Both the position numbers and the translations under genes were made by a program. From Dehalococcoidia bacterium (GTDB lineage: Bacteria > Chloroflexota > Dehalococcoidia > Lucifugimonadales > UBA3495): 36,062 bases of DNA. This document shows, piece by piece, positions 1 through 8,357 of the stretch. A model generated the notes under the pieces. That model saw only the letters and a program-made list of their open reading frames with translations. It searched no databases and was not told the origin of the DNA. The first letter of the stretch is position 1. Each line of letters starts with the position of its first letter. Where the stretch lies: the NCBI GenBank assembly GCA_030740155.1, contig JASLXV010000100.1, positions 1 to 36,062 of the forward strand, read 5' to 3'.

Positions 1-1
1 G

Positions 2-133
2 TTAGCGTCCCTGGAATTGAAACACCAATTCGAGGGTCGTTGCCCTGACTGCCCAGTTGATCTAGAAAAGGCAGAGACGAACGTCGGATTGTCGCTTGGG
101 GGCGGGCAAGGTGAGGCCGAAGGTACGTCTTGA
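2..133 (+). CDS. Possible 3' end of a truncated hypothetical protein (island cargo) with a CxxC motif
   Basis: Frame 2 is open from the window edge to TGA at 131-133: LASLELKHQFEGRCPDCPVDLEKAETNVGLSLGGGQGEAEGTS. It converges on the integrase. Short, and it could be chance. Confidence 0.3.
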   Translation, partial: LASLELKHQFEGRCPDCPVDLEKAETNVGLSLGGGQGEAEGTS

Positions 134-275
134 ACCGCGGCAAAATCCGCTGCCGGATCGCGAACTATCAAGTTGCTCGACCATTGGGAATCGGATCGGT
201 TGGTACAGATCCGTAAGCGTCTCACCGGGGTGGGCAACGGAAAATGCCTGAACGGATGACCAACAAGCCCGCAGA

Positions 276-1220
276 TTAGCGAACGTTCAGCCGGTCCCCT
301 GGGCTCAACTTCTTATGCGCCGCGATGGCCCGTTCACCGGCGTTAGCCTTGGCGTACCTCGAGACCATGGCGTAGTCCTGCCAGCCGCCAAGTTCCTTGA
401 GATCGCCCTCCTGCCCGCCAGCCGCCAGATACTCCATGGCAAAGCCTCGGCGGAAGGCATGGGCACCGCGAAACTTCACACCAGCGTCCTTGAATCGGCG
501 CTGAAGCATCATTCGAAGCCCGTTCGTGTTTAGCGGCATGCTGCCAGAGCCTAGCCACAGCCAATCGGACTTGGTTCCTCGTTTTCTCAGGTATCGTTCA
601 ATCGCCATCGCCGACTTGCTGCCGATACTCACCCGTCGCTGCTTGCTGGCCTTGCCGGTGACCAGGATGGTGCGGTCACGCCAATCTAGGTCCTCGGCTT
701 TCATGCCGCACAGTTCGGCCGCCCGAACTCCGCTGTCATACAGGACCATGACCATTGCGGCGTCCCGGAGATTGTGGGGAGTGCTGCGGCCAATAGACTT
801 GACCACCTTCTCGACATCGTCGGGCTGGTAATATGCTTGAATTTCGCTTGGTATTCGCGGTGGGTCCACCCGGTCCATTGGGTTATCGCTCCGCTCTTCC
901 TCAGTTACGCACCAACCAAAAAACCGATTCAAGCTCCTGTAGCGGATGGAGACGGTAGCGGGTTTGTTGCCTTTTTGGTGGAGTGAGGAAAGCCAGTGGC
1001 GGATGTGGGTTCGGTCCATGGTGGCCAAGCTGGGCAGGCCAAGATTTCGGGCGAAGTCGGAAAGGCTCCGGATGCTGTCCTCGTAGATAAAGAGGGTCCG
1101 AGACTTGCGGCCCCCGGCTCCCAATGCCATGATGAAGCCTCGGATTAGGTCATCATCAGAGATGAGTCCGCGGCCAGAGTTAGGCGCATTAACATCCGAA
1201 CTAGACGGTTTGGCAACCAT
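276..1220 (-). CDS. Tyrosine recombinase/integrase (XerC/phage integrase family)
   Basis: N-terminal SAM-like region followed by catalytic motifs SGVRAAEL (R), GKASK (K), AHAFRR (HxxR), LGGW (H/W position) and SRY (Y nucleophile). Starts about 57 nt downstream of a tRNA 3' end. Confidence 0.93.
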   Translation of the reverse strand: MVAKPSSSDVNAPNSGRGLISDDDLIRGFIMALGAGGRKSRTLFIYEDSIRSLSDFARNLGLPSLATMDRTHIRHWLSSLHQKGNKPATVSIRYRSLNRFFGWCVTEEERSDNPMDRVDPPRIPSEIQAYYQPDDVEKVVKSIGRSTPHNLRDAAMVMVLYDSGVRAAELCGMKAEDLDWRDRTILVTGKASKQRRVSIGSKSAMAIERYLRKRGTKSDWLWLGSGSMPLNTNGLRMMLQRRFKDAGVKFRGAHAFRRGFAMEYLAAGGQEGDLKELGGWQDYAMVSRYAKANAGERAIAAHKKLSPGDRLNVR

Positions 1221-1277
1221 GGCAGCCCTCCTGGTAAAGCTGCCTTTAGCTTCACAATTGTGCGGCTATTTGTCAAA

Positions 1278-1352
1278 TGGTGGCAACGAAGGGATTCGAA
1301 CCCATGACCTAGCGCTTATGAAGCGCCCGCTCTGCCGCTGAGCTACGTTGCC
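1278..1352 (-). tRNA. tRNA-Met (CAT), elongator type
   Basis: Minus strand reads GGCAACG TA GCTC AGCGGCA GAGC G GGCGC TTCATAA GCGCT AGGTC ATGGG TTCGAAT CCCTT CGTTGCC A CCA. It has a full cloverleaf, encoded CCA and a paired 1:72 (so not initiator). The acceptor stem resembles elongator Met rather than Ile2. Confidence 0.93.
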
Positions 1353-1400
1353 ACCTTGAAACGCCCCGGCCAGCCGCCAGGGAGCGTTCCGACGTGAGTA

Positions 1401-1429
1401 ATGGTAATCTGGCTCCGGCGGGCTGTCAA
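1401..1429 (-). promoter_or_regulatory. Sigma70-type promoter for tRNA-Met
   Basis: Minus strand TTGACA (1429-1424), 17-nt spacer, TACCAT (1406-1401). Confidence 0.7.
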
Positions 1430-1537
1430 ACGACGGCTGGACGGGAATCACGGGCGTTGGCCCCGGCCTTGCCTGCGAAATCCACCTGCGGGCCGGGACT
1501 TGGCTCCAGGCGAGCGCCGTATTATCATGGAGCGGAT

Positions 1538-1924
1538 ATGGATTCGATGGGCGAGACCAAAGGACAGCAAACCCCGAGCGGTGATAGCTCTATCGTCGAG
1601 GCGGCTTCCTGCCTTCACCGGGTGCTTGCCGGTCTCGCATCCCGCCTTCGCCCCTTCCCGGCGTTCTTGAACATGACGTCGCTCCAGGCAGTCGAGCTTG
1701 ACCTGATGCCTGAGGGAATGCCGGACCGGGGATGCGTGGTTGTGCTGCCCGGCGGGGAGATTCGTGAGCTGGACCTGAAGGTCTTGCCGGGCATCGAAGG
1801 AGTAACCGAGTCGGACCAACTCGAGGAGTTCCGCGAGATGGACCTCTCTCCAGAGGTATACATAATGTATGCCGCCAGCGCCATCCGGTTACTGTGCCAG
1901 GAGCTGCGCCAGAGGGGACAGTAG
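1538..1924 (+). CDS. Hypothetical protein (~128 aa)
   Basis: Within ORF 1394..1924. The ATG at 1538 follows GGAG (ATG at 1547 is an alternative), while the upstream extension overlaps the tRNA promoter. Protein-like composition; no family recognised. Confidence 0.65.
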   Translation: MDSMGETKGQQTPSGDSSIVEAASCLHRVLAGLASRLRPFPAFLNMTSLQAVELDLMPEGMPDRGCVVVLPGGEIRELDLKVLPGIEGVTESDQLEEFREMDLSPEVYIMYAASAIRLLCQELRQRGQ

Positions 1925-1946
1925 CGCGCCGGGTGCCCGCCCGCGG

Positions 1947-2684
1947 CTAGCGCCGGAAGAAGGAACGGGGCCAGCGAGTCACCGATTTCCACCGGGGCGA
2001 TAGCCAGGAATAGCTTTCAAGCATCTCCCCCAGCCTCAGTGCTGCCCCCTGGCGCAGCGGCTTGCCGTGACCGACGCAGGCCGTCTCGAAGGGCAATTGG
2101 GCCAGCCTCTCCACGGACGCCCGGTAGTCCCGGAGGTTGGTGCCCGGAAAGGCCACGGGGCGGTGGAAACGGTGGCCGTCGGCGAGCAGCGTGTCCCCGG
2201 TGAACAGTACCTTTGGTCCGGCCAGGTAGAGGCACACGCTGCCCGGTGTGTGGCCCGGAGTGTGCAACACCTGGAGTCCCCCCAACACCGGCAATACCTG
2301 GCCGTCCTCGATCAGCTCGTGGGCGGGAATCCGGTGCAGGAAGGGCTGGTTCCAATCGAAGGCCGGAGGCTGGGCCGGGTAGTGCAGCCAACGGGAGTTG
2401 GTTTCTTCCCGGTAGCGAGTGTCTGATGGGTGGACCGCGATGACGGCGCCGGTGAGCCGGGACAACCCTTTCAAGGGGCCGGTATGGTCCGGGTGGCCGT
2501 GGGTGACGATCAGCCGCTGCAGCTCCAAAGGGCTTCGGCCGAGGTGTTGAATATAGGCGATGATCTTCTTGCCGTCTCCCGGCAGGCCGGAATCGATGAG
2601 CGTCAATCGGTCCGGTTCCACCAGCAGGTAGGCGTTGCTCCATCTCAGGCCGGGGACTTGGTGGACGCCGGGGCAGATCTCCAC
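1947..2684 (-). CDS. MBL-fold metallo-hydrolase
   Basis: LIDSG, THGHPDH (HxHxDH), [13 protein letters not shown] and VGHG motifs. GTG start after GAGGAG. Confidence 0.92.
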   Translation of the reverse strand: MEICPGVHQVPGLRWSNAYLLVEPDRLTLIDSGLPGDGKKIIAYIQHLGRSPLELQRLIVTHGHPDHTGPLKGLSRLTGAVIAVHPSDTRYREETNSRWLHYPAQPPAFDWNQPFLHRIPAHELIEDGQVLPVLGGLQVLHTPGHTPGSVCLYLAGPKVLFTGDTLLADGHRFHRPVAFPGTNLRDYRASVERLAQLPFETACVGHGKPLRQGAALRLGEMLESYSWLSPRWKSVTRWPRSFFRR

Positions 2685-2690
2685 CGGGTT

Positions 2691-3599
2691 CTACTCCTCC
2701 AGTGCTATATCGCCGCTCCTGCCGCCCTTTTTTCGGACCAGCCGGATACCCTCGATGCGGATGCCGCGGTCTACTGCCTTGCACATGTCGTACACGGTCA
2801 GCGCGGCTATCGAAACCGCGGTTAGCGCCTCCATTTCAACGCCGGTCTTGGCCGAGGTGCGGGCACTGGCCGTGATGTTGATCCGGTTGCGGGTCTCATC
2901 CAGCTCCAGTTCCACGTCCACCCGGTCCAGGGGCAGGGAATGGCAAAGAGGGATCAATTCGGACGTCCGTTTGGCCCCCATGATACCGGCCAACTGAGCG
3001 ACGGACAGCACGTCACCCTTCTTCATCAGCCCCTCTTTTATCAGCTGCAGAGTTTCGGGTAGCACCGATAGGTATCCCCGAGCCATTGCCTCCCGGTCGG
3101 TAGTCGGTTTCTCGCCCACGTCCACCATCCGGGCCCGGCCCTGCTCGTCCAGGTGGGTAAGGGCTGTGGAGGTCCCTCCACCCGGGTTGCCGCCCGCCGC
3201 CAACTTCGTCGCGGCGACGGCCAGCTGGTCCGCTTCCTCGTTCCAGCGGTCCCCGGCATGACCTCGCACCCAATGCCAGCTTATGGTGCGCCCGGCGGCG
3301 AGGGAATCGAGTTGGCTCCAGAGGTCGTGGTTGGCGCGGCGCTTCCAGTTCTTGGTCATGGTGTTGACCAGGTAGACGCTGTCGCTGTGGAGCGCGACGA
3401 AGGCTCCGGCGGGCGTCGACTCTAGGCCCTTGATGGCGGCGGTCAGCTCCATGCGGTTGTTGGTGGTTTGGGGCTCGGGACCGGAGAGGCGCAGGGGTTC
3501 ACCCTGCTCCCGCAGGACGACGGCGCCCCAGCCGCCGGGGCCGGGATTGCCCTGGCAGGAGCCATCGGTGTATATGGTTATGGTGTCGGTTGGTGACAA
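2691..3599 (-). CDS. rnhA-moaC: Fusion protein: ribonuclease HI (aa 1-~132) + cyclic pyranopterin monophosphate synthase MoaC (aa ~147-302)
   Basis: N-half has [28 protein letters not shown] and WVRGHAG..NEEAD. C-half has [38 protein letters not shown] and YDMCKAVD. Single uninterrupted frame. Confidence 0.9.
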   Translation of the reverse strand: MSPTDTITIYTDGSCQGNPGPGGWGAVVLREQGEPLRLSGPEPQTTNNRMELTAAIKGLESTPAGAFVALHSDSVYLVNTMTKNWKRRANHDLWSQLDSLAAGRTISWHWVRGHAGDRWNEEADQLAVAATKLAAGGNPGGGTSTALTHLDEQGRARMVDVGEKPTTDREAMARGYLSVLPETLQLIKEGLMKKGDVLSVAQLAGIMGAKRTSELIPLCHSLPLDRVDVELELDETRNRINITASARTSAKTGVEMEALTAVSIAALTVYDMCKAVDRGIRIEGIRLVRKKGGRSGDIALEE

Positions 3600-3604
3600 A
3601 TTAA

Positions 3605-3646
3605 GCCATCGGCGTTCAGCGTTCGGCGGTCAGCTATCAGCTGTCG
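3605..3646. repeat. Tandem heptamer array (GCnnTCA/G) x6
   Basis: gccatcg gcgttca gcgttcg gcggtca gctatca gctgtcg. Confidence 0.75.
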
Positions 3647-3661
3647 GTTTGAAGCAGCTGC

Positions 3662-4675
3662 CTATCCCCCGATATGATACATCTCCACCTTTTTTCGGGC
3701 GTTCTGTTCCGGAGTCAGCTCGGCCCTCTCCTCGGAGTAGCGGTCGACGCGGCGGCCCCAGAGGCCGGTAACCAGCTCCCGTAACTCATCGTCGCCGGCC
3801 CCCGCCCGTAGCGGGCCTCGCAGGCTGAGGCCGGAGGAGGCGAAGAGGCAGGTGTAGAGCATCCCGTCGGGGGATAGCCGGGAGCGGGTACAATCGCCGC
3901 AGAAGGGCATCGTGACCGAGGCGATAACGCCGATCTCTCCGCAGCCGTCGCGGTAGCGGTAGCGCTTGGCCACCTCGCCCCGGTAGCCGCTCTCCACGGG
4001 CTCCAACGGCATCTCGGCATCGATCCGCCGGACGATTTCCTCGGCGGGCACCACCTCATCCAATTTCCAGCCGTTGCGGTTGCCCACGTCCATGTACTCG
4101 ATGAACCGGACCACGTGGCCGGTGCCCTTGAAATACCGGGCCAGGTCGACCACCGTGTGGTCGTTGACGCCTTTTTGCACCACCGAGTTGATCTTGATCG
4201 GGGTCAGCCCCACCGCCGCGGCCCTTTCTATGGCGAGGAGGACCCGGCGGGAGCCGAAGCCCCGGCCGTTCATCGTCTTGAAAACCTCGTCGTCCAGGCT
4301 GTCCAGGCTCACCGTCAACCGGTTCAGGCCGGCGTCTTTGAGCTGTTGCGCCTGCTGGACCAGCAGGGTACCGTTGGTGGTGATGGTCAGGTCCTCGACG
4401 CCGTCGATGCCCGCCAGCATGCCGATCAGCCGGTGGAGGTCATTGCGCAACAGGGGTTCACCGCCGGTGATGCGCACCTTGTTGACCCCCAGGCCCACGA
4501 AGATGCGGGCCAGCCGGGTAATCTCTTCGAAAGTGAGGATCTCCTCTTTGGGCAGGAACCGGTAGCTTTCCCCGAAAATCTCGGCGGGCATGCAATAGGG
4601 GCACCGGAAGTTGCACCGGTCGGTGACTGATATCCGCAGGTCCCGCACCGGCCTGCCGAACTGGTCGGTAATCAT
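3662..4675 (-). CDS. moaA: GTP 3',8-cyclase MoaA (radical SAM)
   Basis: [18 protein letters not shown] (CxxxCxxC), [20 protein letters not shown]...TCLF and a C-terminal IGG. Confidence 0.97.
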   Translation of the reverse strand: MITDQFGRPVRDLRISVTDRCNFRCPYCMPAEIFGESYRFLPKEEILTFEEITRLARIFVGLGVNKVRITGGEPLLRNDLHRLIGMLAGIDGVEDLTITTNGTLLVQQAQQLKDAGLNRLTVSLDSLDDEVFKTMNGRGFGSRRVLLAIERAAAVGLTPIKINSVVQKGVNDHTVVDLARYFKGTGHVVRFIEYMDVGNRNGWKLDEVVPAEEIVRRIDAEMPLEPVESGYRGEVAKRYRYRDGCGEIGVIASVTMPFCGDCTRSRLSPDGMLYTCLFASSGLSLRGPLRAGAGDDELRELVTGLWGRRVDRYSEERAELTPEQNARKKVEMYHIGG

Positions 4676-4722
4676 CCGGAGATGTTGCTCGCTTCAGCTA
4701 TCAGGGGTCAGCCAGTCTCTGG

Positions 4723-5448
4723 TTACCGGCCCCTAAAAATGCTTTTCAACAAGGCTTCAGCTTTCCGGGCCGCGTCGGCCCGGTGGCTGATCAGGTTCTT
4801 TTCCTCCAGGGAGAGTTGGGCCATGGTCAAACCGTGGGACGGAAGGTAGAACACCGGATCGTAGCCAAAACCCTCTTCTCCCAGCGGTTCATATTGTATC
4901 ATTCCCTCCACCGCACCGGCCACCAGCGCAAAAGCCTCGGCCCCCTCTCTCGTCGACTCCGGCGTCTCTCGCCTTGCTGAATAGGGGCCAGCGGGGTTCG
5001 CCAGAACAATAACGCACCGGAATCGGGCGGTGCGCCGTTCCCAGGGCACGTCTCGCAGGTTGTGCAGCAGCAGCTCCAACCGGTCCCGGTCGGTTCTTTT
5101 CCCAGCCGTTATTTGGCTGGGCTGAGAAGTGGGGGATGTCTCACCGTAGCGGGCGGAGCGGACGCCGGGCTTGCCACCCAGGGCGTCGACCTCCAACCCT
5201 GAATCGTCGGCCAGGGTCAGCAACCCGCCGAGGGCGGCGTAGGAGCACGCTTTGAGCCGGGCGTTTTCCTCGAAAGTCGCTCCCGTCTCCTCCACCTCTT
5301 CGGTGATCCCGAGATCGCCCAGAGAGACCAGTTCAAAGGGACAGTCCCGGAGCAGCCGGCGGAACTCCCGCACTTTCCCCGGGTTTCGAGTAGCGATCAA
5401 GAGTCTACCTTGAGACACTCCAGCTTCACACACGTTCAAATCCTGCAT
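4723..5448 (-). CDS. rdgB: Non-canonical purine NTP pyrophosphatase (RdgB/HAM1 family)
   Basis: IATRNPGK, EETGATFEENARLKA, ADDSGLEVDALGGKPGVRSARY, GFGYDPVF and EKNLISHR. Exact start uncertain. Confidence 0.93.
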   Translation of the reverse strand: MQDLNVCEAGVSQGRLLIATRNPGKVREFRRLLRDCPFELVSLGDLGITEEVEETGATFEENARLKACSYAALGGLLTLADDSGLEVDALGGKPGVRSARYGETSPTSQPSQITAGKRTDRDRLELLLHNLRDVPWERRTARFRCVIVLANPAGPYSARRETPESTREGAEAFALVAGAVEGMIQYEPLGEEGFGYDPVFYLPSHGLTMAQLSLEEKNLISHRADAARKAEALLKSIFRGR

Positions 5449-5500
5449 TAAGAGCCTGACTCATTTCACAACATCGGGTTTGATAGAAGCCTCCCATGTA

Positions 5501-5563
5501 TCCCCCTTTCATAAAGGGGGACTAGGGGGATTTCCTCTCGTAAAAAGGGGACCAGGGGGATTT
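5501..5563. repeat. Two tandem REP-like palindromes (CCCCCTT-n-AAGGGGG..AGGGGGATTT family)
   Basis: tccccctttcataaagggggactagggggattt followed by the degenerate copy cctctcgtaaaaaggggaccagggggattt. Confidence 0.75.
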
Positions 5564-5569
5564 CAACCC

Positions 5570-6460
5570 TCACTCCTTCGGCGAAGCCTCTCCGGCCGGG
5601 TCCTCCAGCAGGAGAAGGAGGCTGGCGAGGGTGGTGTTCTCCGGCCAACCGCTGGCAAGCCTCTGAAAAACATCTAGGGCCATGTTCCCCGCCGGGAGCG
5701 GGGCGGCGACTTCCTTGGCCACCCCATGGGCCAGAGCCAGGTCTTTGATGAAAATCTGCACCAGTGAGCTGCTCGATCCGAACTGCCGGGCCAGCAGCGA
5801 GGGCCCCATGGTATCCAGCACGTAGCTCTGCCCAGAGCTTTTGCCCATAACATCCAGCAAGACCTCCGGGTCGGCGCCCAGCCGAACGCCCAGGTTGAAC
5901 GATTCCACGGCCCCCACGGTGTTGATGGCCAGCGCCAAATTGTTGGCCAACTTGACGGCGCTGGCCATACCCGAACGACCCAGATGGAAGACGTTGGTGC
6001 CCATGCCTTGGAAGACGGGAAGGGCTGTTTCGTACGCTTCACGGGGACCAGCCACCATCACGGTCAGTTTCCCCGACCGCGCTCGCCCCGTTCCGCCGCT
6101 CACCGGGGCGTCTAGGAAGAGCGCGCCCCGGGCTTCGGCCGCATCGGCGATCTTCCTGGATGTGGCGGGTCCAACGGTGCTGTGGTCGGCGAGCACCTGG
6201 CCGCGGCGGGCGTTGGCCACGATTCCGTCATCTCCCAGGAAGACTTCCTCCACCGTCGGCACATCGGGGAGACAGGTGAGCACAATATCTGTTGCCTGAG
6301 TGATCTCGGCCGCTGAAGCCGCAGCCGCGGCCCCAAGCTGCACCATCTCCTCCACCTTCCCCCGGCTTCGGTTGTGGACGGTGAGCTGAATTCCGGCCCT
6401 CAGCAAGGATTTGGCCATGGGCATCCCGATGTCTCCCAATCCGATGAAACCTACCTTCAT
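5570..6460 (-). CDS. NAD(P)-dependent oxidoreductase, 3-hydroxyisobutyrate dehydrogenase/tartronate semialdehyde reductase family
   Basis: MKVGFIGLGDIGMPMA Rossmann motif, FLDAPVSGG, catalytic KLANN and FIKDL. GGAGGA upstream of ATG 6460, so the track ORF's extension to 6586 is probably non-coding. Confidence 0.92.
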   Translation of the reverse strand: MKVGFIGLGDIGMPMAKSLLRAGIQLTVHNRSRGKVEEMVQLGAAAAASAAEITQATDIVLTCLPDVPTVEEVFLGDDGIVANARRGQVLADHSTVGPATSRKIADAAEARGALFLDAPVSGGTGRARSGKLTVMVAGPREAYETALPVFQGMGTNVFHLGRSGMASAVKLANNLALAINTVGAVESFNLGVRLGADPEVLLDVMGKSSGQSYVLDTMGPSLLARQFGSSSSLVQIFIKDLALAHGVAKEVAAPLPAGNMALDVFQRLASGWPENTTLASLLLLLEDPAGEASPKE

Positions 6461-6652
6461 CACATCCTCCTGAGGCTGAGCGAGAACAGCCTTCGCGCGT
6501 TTCTCAAGTTGTGTTTCGGCTGACGGGCGCCGGTCGTATCCGGACCGGGGCCGTTCGTTCCGGTGGCTGGAGGGTCCGGCATACATAGTACCAGCCGATG
6601 CGGCGGCGCCGACAGACCCCGCGAGCCCTCTGGCAAATCGCGGGTTTGCGGA

Positions 6653-6670
6653 TTGTGCATCATTTCACTA
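6653..6670. promoter_or_regulatory. Candidate Rex (or CRP/FNR-family) operator upstream of the nuo promoter
   Basis: TTGTGCA-TCAT-TTCACTA matches 12/14 positions of the Rex consensus TTGTGAA-N4-TTCACAA. Confidence 0.55.
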
Positions 6671-6689
6671 TCAGGGCTGCCATCCCCTA

Positions 6690-6698
6690 TGTTATAAT
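6690..6698 (+). promoter_or_regulatory. Extended -10 promoter of nuo operon
   Basis: TGTTATAAT, 36 nt upstream of the nuoA ATG. Confidence 0.65.
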
Positions 6699-6734
6699 TC
6701 CACGTCGTACGTCTCTCCACCCGGGCCGAGGCAG

Positions 6735-7118
6735 ATGCTAGACGACTACTTCCGGCAATACGGTCTGATCGCCATATTCCTCGTCGTATCCTTCATGGTC
6801 CCCACCGGCATGCTGCTGATGTCCTGGATGATGTCGCGCATGGGAATTCGGCCCTCCAACCCCACTCCGGTCAAGTTGGAAACCTATGAATGCGGAATGG
6901 AGGCCCTGGGCGGCCGGTGGAACCAGTTCAACTTCCGATACTATATGTACGCGGTCCTGTTTGTCATCTTCGACGTCGAAGTGGTATTTCTCTATCCCTG
7001 GGCGGCCAAGTTCTCGCAGCTCAAGCTGTTTGCCCTCATCGAGATGGCGGCCTTCGTGATGATCCTGCTGGTTGCTTGGGCCTACGCCTGGCGAAAGCGG
7101 GACCTGGAGTGGGGATAA
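6735..7118 (+). CDS. nuoA: NADH-quinone oxidoreductase subunit A
   Basis: [29 protein letters not shown]; three TM helices. Confidence 0.96.
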   Translation: MLDDYFRQYGLIAIFLVVSFMVPTGMLLMSWMMSRMGIRPSNPTPVKLETYECGMEALGGRWNQFNFRYYMYAVLFVIFDVEVVFLYPWAAKFSQLKLFALIEMAAFVMILLVAWAYAWRKRDLEWG

Positions 7119-7124
7119 AACATC

Positions 7125-7847
7125 ATGGCTCTGGAGATACCCATCGGGGACGGACCGCTGAACACCAGGACCTGGGAGGTCGACCGGGGCGAAGGGCGCA
7201 CCGTCCAGCACCTTAAAGACACCTCCCTCGAACCCCTTGCCGAGCCCTTGATCGAGGTGCCGGACGACCTGAAGAGCAGCCTGCTGGTGACCTCGGTCGA
7301 CGCCGTAATTAACTGGGGCCGCAAGTCGGCCCTCTGGCCGGTGACCTTCGGCCTGGCCTGCTGCGCCTTTGAGATGATCGCGGCCGCCATGGGCCGGTAT
7401 GACCTCGCCCGCTTCGGCATGGAGGTCTTCCGCGCTTCCCCCAGGCAGGCCGACCTGATGATCGTGGCCGGCACCGTGACCTGGAAGATGGCCCCGGCCA
7501 TTCGAAGGATCTACGACCAGATGGGCGACCCAAAATGGGTCATCTCTATGGGAGTCTGCGCCACCAGCGGCGGCCCCTATTACGGCTCTTACAGCGTGGT
7601 GCCCGGCGTGGACCACATCGTTCCGGTGGACGTCTACGTTCCTGGTTGCCCGCCCCGGCCCGACGCCCTGATCTACGGGATCATGTCGCTCCACGAGAAG
7701 ATCAAGAGATACCACAACCTGGGTGATCTTCCCAAACTCCCCCTGTCCCGGAAAAAAGACGCGAAAAACCCTCCTTCCAACGGCACGGCCAGCCATGATT
7801 CTCCTCCCATCGGGGAGCCGCCAGTGGCCGGGAGGGAGGACACCTAA
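7125..7847 (+). CDS. nuoB: NADH-quinone oxidoreductase subunit B
   Basis: [34 protein letters not shown] and [10 protein letters not shown] (N2 ligands). Confidence 0.97.
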   Translation: MALEIPIGDGPLNTRTWEVDRGEGRTVQHLKDTSLEPLAEPLIEVPDDLKSSLLVTSVDAVINWGRKSALWPVTFGLACCAFEMIAAAMGRYDLARFGMEVFRASPRQADLMIVAGTVTWKMAPAIRRIYDQMGDPKWVISMGVCATSGGPYYGSYSVVPGVDHIVPVDVYVPGCPPRPDALIYGIMSLHEKIKRYHNLGDLPKLPLSRKKDAKNPPSNGTASHDSPPIGEPPVAGREDT

Positions 7848-8290
7848 TGGCGGTCCAGTACCTGGAGGGGCAGTATCTGGCGGAGCGACTGGCGGACGGG
7901 GCACGCGATTCGGTCGAGGAGTGGGCCGGCGGCTCGGTATGGGTCAAGCCGTCCTCGGTGGAGGTTGTGGCGCGCTTTCTGCGAGACAACCCGGAGCTGG
8001 ACTTCCAATTCTTGAACTCCATCAGCGCCGTCGACTACATCGAGCACTTCGAGGTGGTATATCACCTGACTTCGATACGGCGGCAGCACACGGCGGTGGT
8101 CAAGACCAGGGTCTACGGCCGAGAGGAGCTGTCTCTTCCTTCCGTCTACCATGTCTGGCGCGGCGCCGACCTACAGGAACGAGAGATCTGGGACTTGATG
8201 GGTATCCATTTTGAAGGCCACCCCAACATGAAACGGATCATGCTGTGGGAAGGCTTTGAAGGTCATCCCTTACGGAAAGACTATCTCTAG
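7847..8290 (+). CDS. nuoC: NADH-quinone oxidoreductase subunit C
   Basis: SAVDY, QEREIWDLMGIHFEGHPNMKRI, GHPLRKDY; TAATG overlap with nuoB. Confidence 0.96.
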   Translation: MAVQYLEGQYLAERLADGARDSVEEWAGGSVWVKPSSVEVVARFLRDNPELDFQFLNSISAVDYIEHFEVVYHLTSIRRQHTAVVKTRVYGREELSLPSVYHVWRGADLQEREIWDLMGIHFEGHPNMKRIMLWEGFEGHPLRKDYL

Positions 8291-8347
8291 CCATCGGCCG
8301 TCGGGGATCAGCCAGGGGTTGATCGCTGGTAGCCGATAGCTGAAGGC
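8290..8347. repeat. Inverted heptamer arrays between nuoC and nuoD
   Basis: gccatcg gccgtcg gggatca gc ... tgatcgc tggtagc cgatagc tgaaggc. Confidence 0.7.
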
Positions 8348-8357
8348 TCGAAAATCC

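Larger units (their letters stand above)
1..1280. mobile_element. Right boundary of a putative tRNA-Met-integrated genomic island/prophage/ICE extending beyond the left window edge
   Basis: Integrase abuts the tRNA CCA end, which is the classic arrangement. The partner att repeat is not in the window. Confidence 0.6.

Noticed and set aside
1278..1352. Alternative identity as initiator tRNA-fMet or tRNA-Ile2
   Set aside because: G1-C72 is paired and the anticodon stem lacks three consecutive G-C pairs. The acceptor stem resembles elongator Met, though Ile2 cannot be fully excluded without a classifier.
6738..7904. 388-aa minus-strand ORF, plus similar long antisense ORFs (8238..9158, 20835..21620, 32204..33397)
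   Set aside because: They lie antisense to well-supported nuo/sdh/thrS genes. Stop-poor shadow frames are expected with strong GC3 bias, and they show no recognisable motifs.
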